From an uncultured Lachnospiraceae bacterium (lineage in GTDB: Bacteria > Bacillota > Clostridia > Lachnospirales > Lachnospiraceae): a stretch of DNA of 64,000 bases. The position numbers and the translations under genes were made by a program. Location: positions 29,109 through 93,108 of the forward strand of contig OMZJ01000115.1 of NCBI GenBank assembly GCA_900315495.1, given 5' to 3'. How positions within the stretch are numbered: the first letter of the stretch is position 1; each line of letters begins with the position of its first letter. This document shows positions 63,126 through 64,000 of this stretch, in pieces. Under the pieces are notes generated by a model that was not told where the DNA came from, ran no database searches, and saw only the letters and a list, made by a program, of their open reading frames with translations.

Positions 63126-63154
63126 TTGCTTTTTATAGAACAGATGCGTATAAT
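63126..63154 (+). promoter_or_regulatory. Putative sigma-A promoter of the activase gene
   Basis: TTGCTT-17 nt-TATAAT, about 45 nt upstream of ATG 63202. Confidence 0.55.
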
Positions 63155-63201
63155 AAAATGACTGTGGATTTCTTCCATGGATTCTAAAAGGAGGTTGTTG
63201 C

Positions 63202-64000
63202 ATGTCTGAACAGACACTACAGACAAATCTTTCCCTTGGCATCGATATCGGTTCGACCACCGTCAAGGTAGCTCTGCTGGATGAGCAGAAGCATCTTCTC
63301 TACTCGGATTATCGGCGCCATTTTGCAAATATACAGGAAACGCTGGCAGATCTTCTGTCCGATGCGGAGGCAAAAATCGGCCCGGTCACGGTCTACCCCG
63401 CGATCACCGGATCCGGCGGACTGTCCCTGGCGGGCAGTCTGAACATCGGCTTCGTCCAGGAGGTCATCGCGGTCGCGACCAGTCTGAAGGATTATGCGCC
63501 CCGTACGGACGTGGCCATCGAGCTCGGCGGTGAGGATGCGAAGATCATCTACTTTACCAACGGCATCGACCAGCGCATGAACGGCATCTGCGCCGGCGGC
63601 ACCGGAGCCTTCATCGACCAGATGGCATCCCTTCTGCAGACCGATGCGGCAGGACTGAACGAATATGCCAAAAATTACCATGTGATCTACCCCATTGCCG
63701 CCCGCTGCGGCGTGTTCGCAAAGACGGACATCCAGCCCCTGATCAACGAGGGGGCACAGAAGGAGGATCTCGCCGCATCCATTTTCCAGGCGGTTGTGAA
63801 CCAGACCATCTCCGGTCTGGCCTGCGGCAAGCCGATCCGCGGCAACGTGGCCTTCCTGGGCGGTCCCCTGCATTTCCTCGACCAGCTGCGCGCGGCCTTC
63901 ATCCGGACGCTGCATCTGGAGGGGGACGCGATCATCGCGCCGGAGCATTCCCATCTGTTTGCCGCGATGGGCGCCGCCATGTGCGGTAAGAAAGACCGGG
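63202..64000 (+). CDS. BadF/BadG/BcrA/BcrD-type ATPase (2-hydroxyacyl-CoA dehydratase activase-like), N-terminal part (runs off right edge)
   Basis: Absent from the ORF track because it is open-ended. Translation from ATG 63202 (SD AAAAGGAGG) reads MSEQTLQTNLSLGIDIGSTTVKVALLDE...ITGSGG...IELGGEDAKIIYF...MNGICAGGTGAFIDQMA...CGVFAKTD. Confidence 0.85.
   Translation, partial: MSEQTLQTNLSLGIDIGSTTVKVALLDEQKHLLYSDYRRHFANIQETLADLLSDAEAKIGPVTVYPAITGSGGLSLAGSLNIGFVQEVIAVATSLKDYAPRTDVAIELGGEDAKIIYFTNGIDQRMNGICAGGTGAFIDQMASLLQTDAAGLNEYAKNYHVIYPIAARCGVFAKTDIQPLINEGAQKEDLAASIFQAVVNQTISGLACGKPIRGNVAFLGGPLHFLDQLRAAFIRTLHLEGDAIIAPEHSHLFAAMGAAMCGKKDR

Noticed and set aside
63217-63954. 245-aa - strand ORF at the right edge.
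   Set aside because: It is antisense to the open-ended BcrAD/HgdC-type activase gene. That gene has a strong SD and the ASKHA ATPase motifs DIGSTT and GGEDAK.

Overview
This is a GC-rich, gene-dense chromosomal core segment of a Firmicutes/Clostridia-type genome. That placement is inferred from a T-box leader, RNase Y, Rex, RecX, DUF4364 plus a TIGR01212 radical SAM gene, GH112, and a BadF/BcrA/HgdC-type activase; the taxon cannot be proven from sequence alone.

I call 52 protein-coding genes. Two are open at the window edges and absent from the ORF track: recJ on the left and an activase on the right. I also call one Leu-specific T-box leader upstream of leuS, 13 rho-independent terminators, 13 sigma-A-like promoters and 2 tandem repeats.

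The content is overwhelmingly housekeeping:
- Amino acid biosynthesis: ilvB-ilvD-leuB, tyrA, aroD and a lysA-like decarboxylase.
- Folate and nucleotide metabolism: fchA-like/folD/dut, pyrBI and purC.
- Translation: leuS, an EF-G paralog, an ABC-F ATPase, prfA-prmC and rpmE.
- Transcription, RNA turnover and recombination: rho, rny and recA-recX.
- Redox and general metabolism: rex-nnr-alr and a GlpA-like/FAD oxidoreductase/DUF1667 trio.
- Cell envelope: a D-Ala-D-Ala carboxypeptidase, an NlpC/P60-like protein and a PAP2 phosphatase.
- Glycoside use: GH27, GH105/88 and GH112.

I saw no rRNA, tRNA, CRISPR array, transposase, integrase, phage gene or recognisable defence gene. I do not find a convincing new multi-gene system here.

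The best leads are single-gene or regulatory oddities:
- a ThyX-fold protein lacking the RHR/SxR signature, convergent with a folate/dUTPase operon;
- a methylglyoxal-synthase-like protein that seems to lack the catalytic Asp/His;
- a Rho factor with a ~350-aa low-complexity insertion rich in R/S/Y/G;
- an unexplained ~430-nt promoter-driven non-coding leader upstream of aroD;
- a pair of G3E (CobW-like) GTPases, one fused to a CC-motif domain and one carrying a 51-nt tandem His/Asp repeat;
- a perfect 18-bp tandem repeat upstream of the GH112 gene;
- a rhomboid-like protein without a Ser/His dyad.

Many long ORFs in the track are antisense shadows of real genes and were rejected. I re-assigned start codons by Shine-Dalgarno inspection. 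Non-coding coordinates were counted by hand and may be off by 1-2 nt. No database search was possible, so all family names come from motif recognition by eye.
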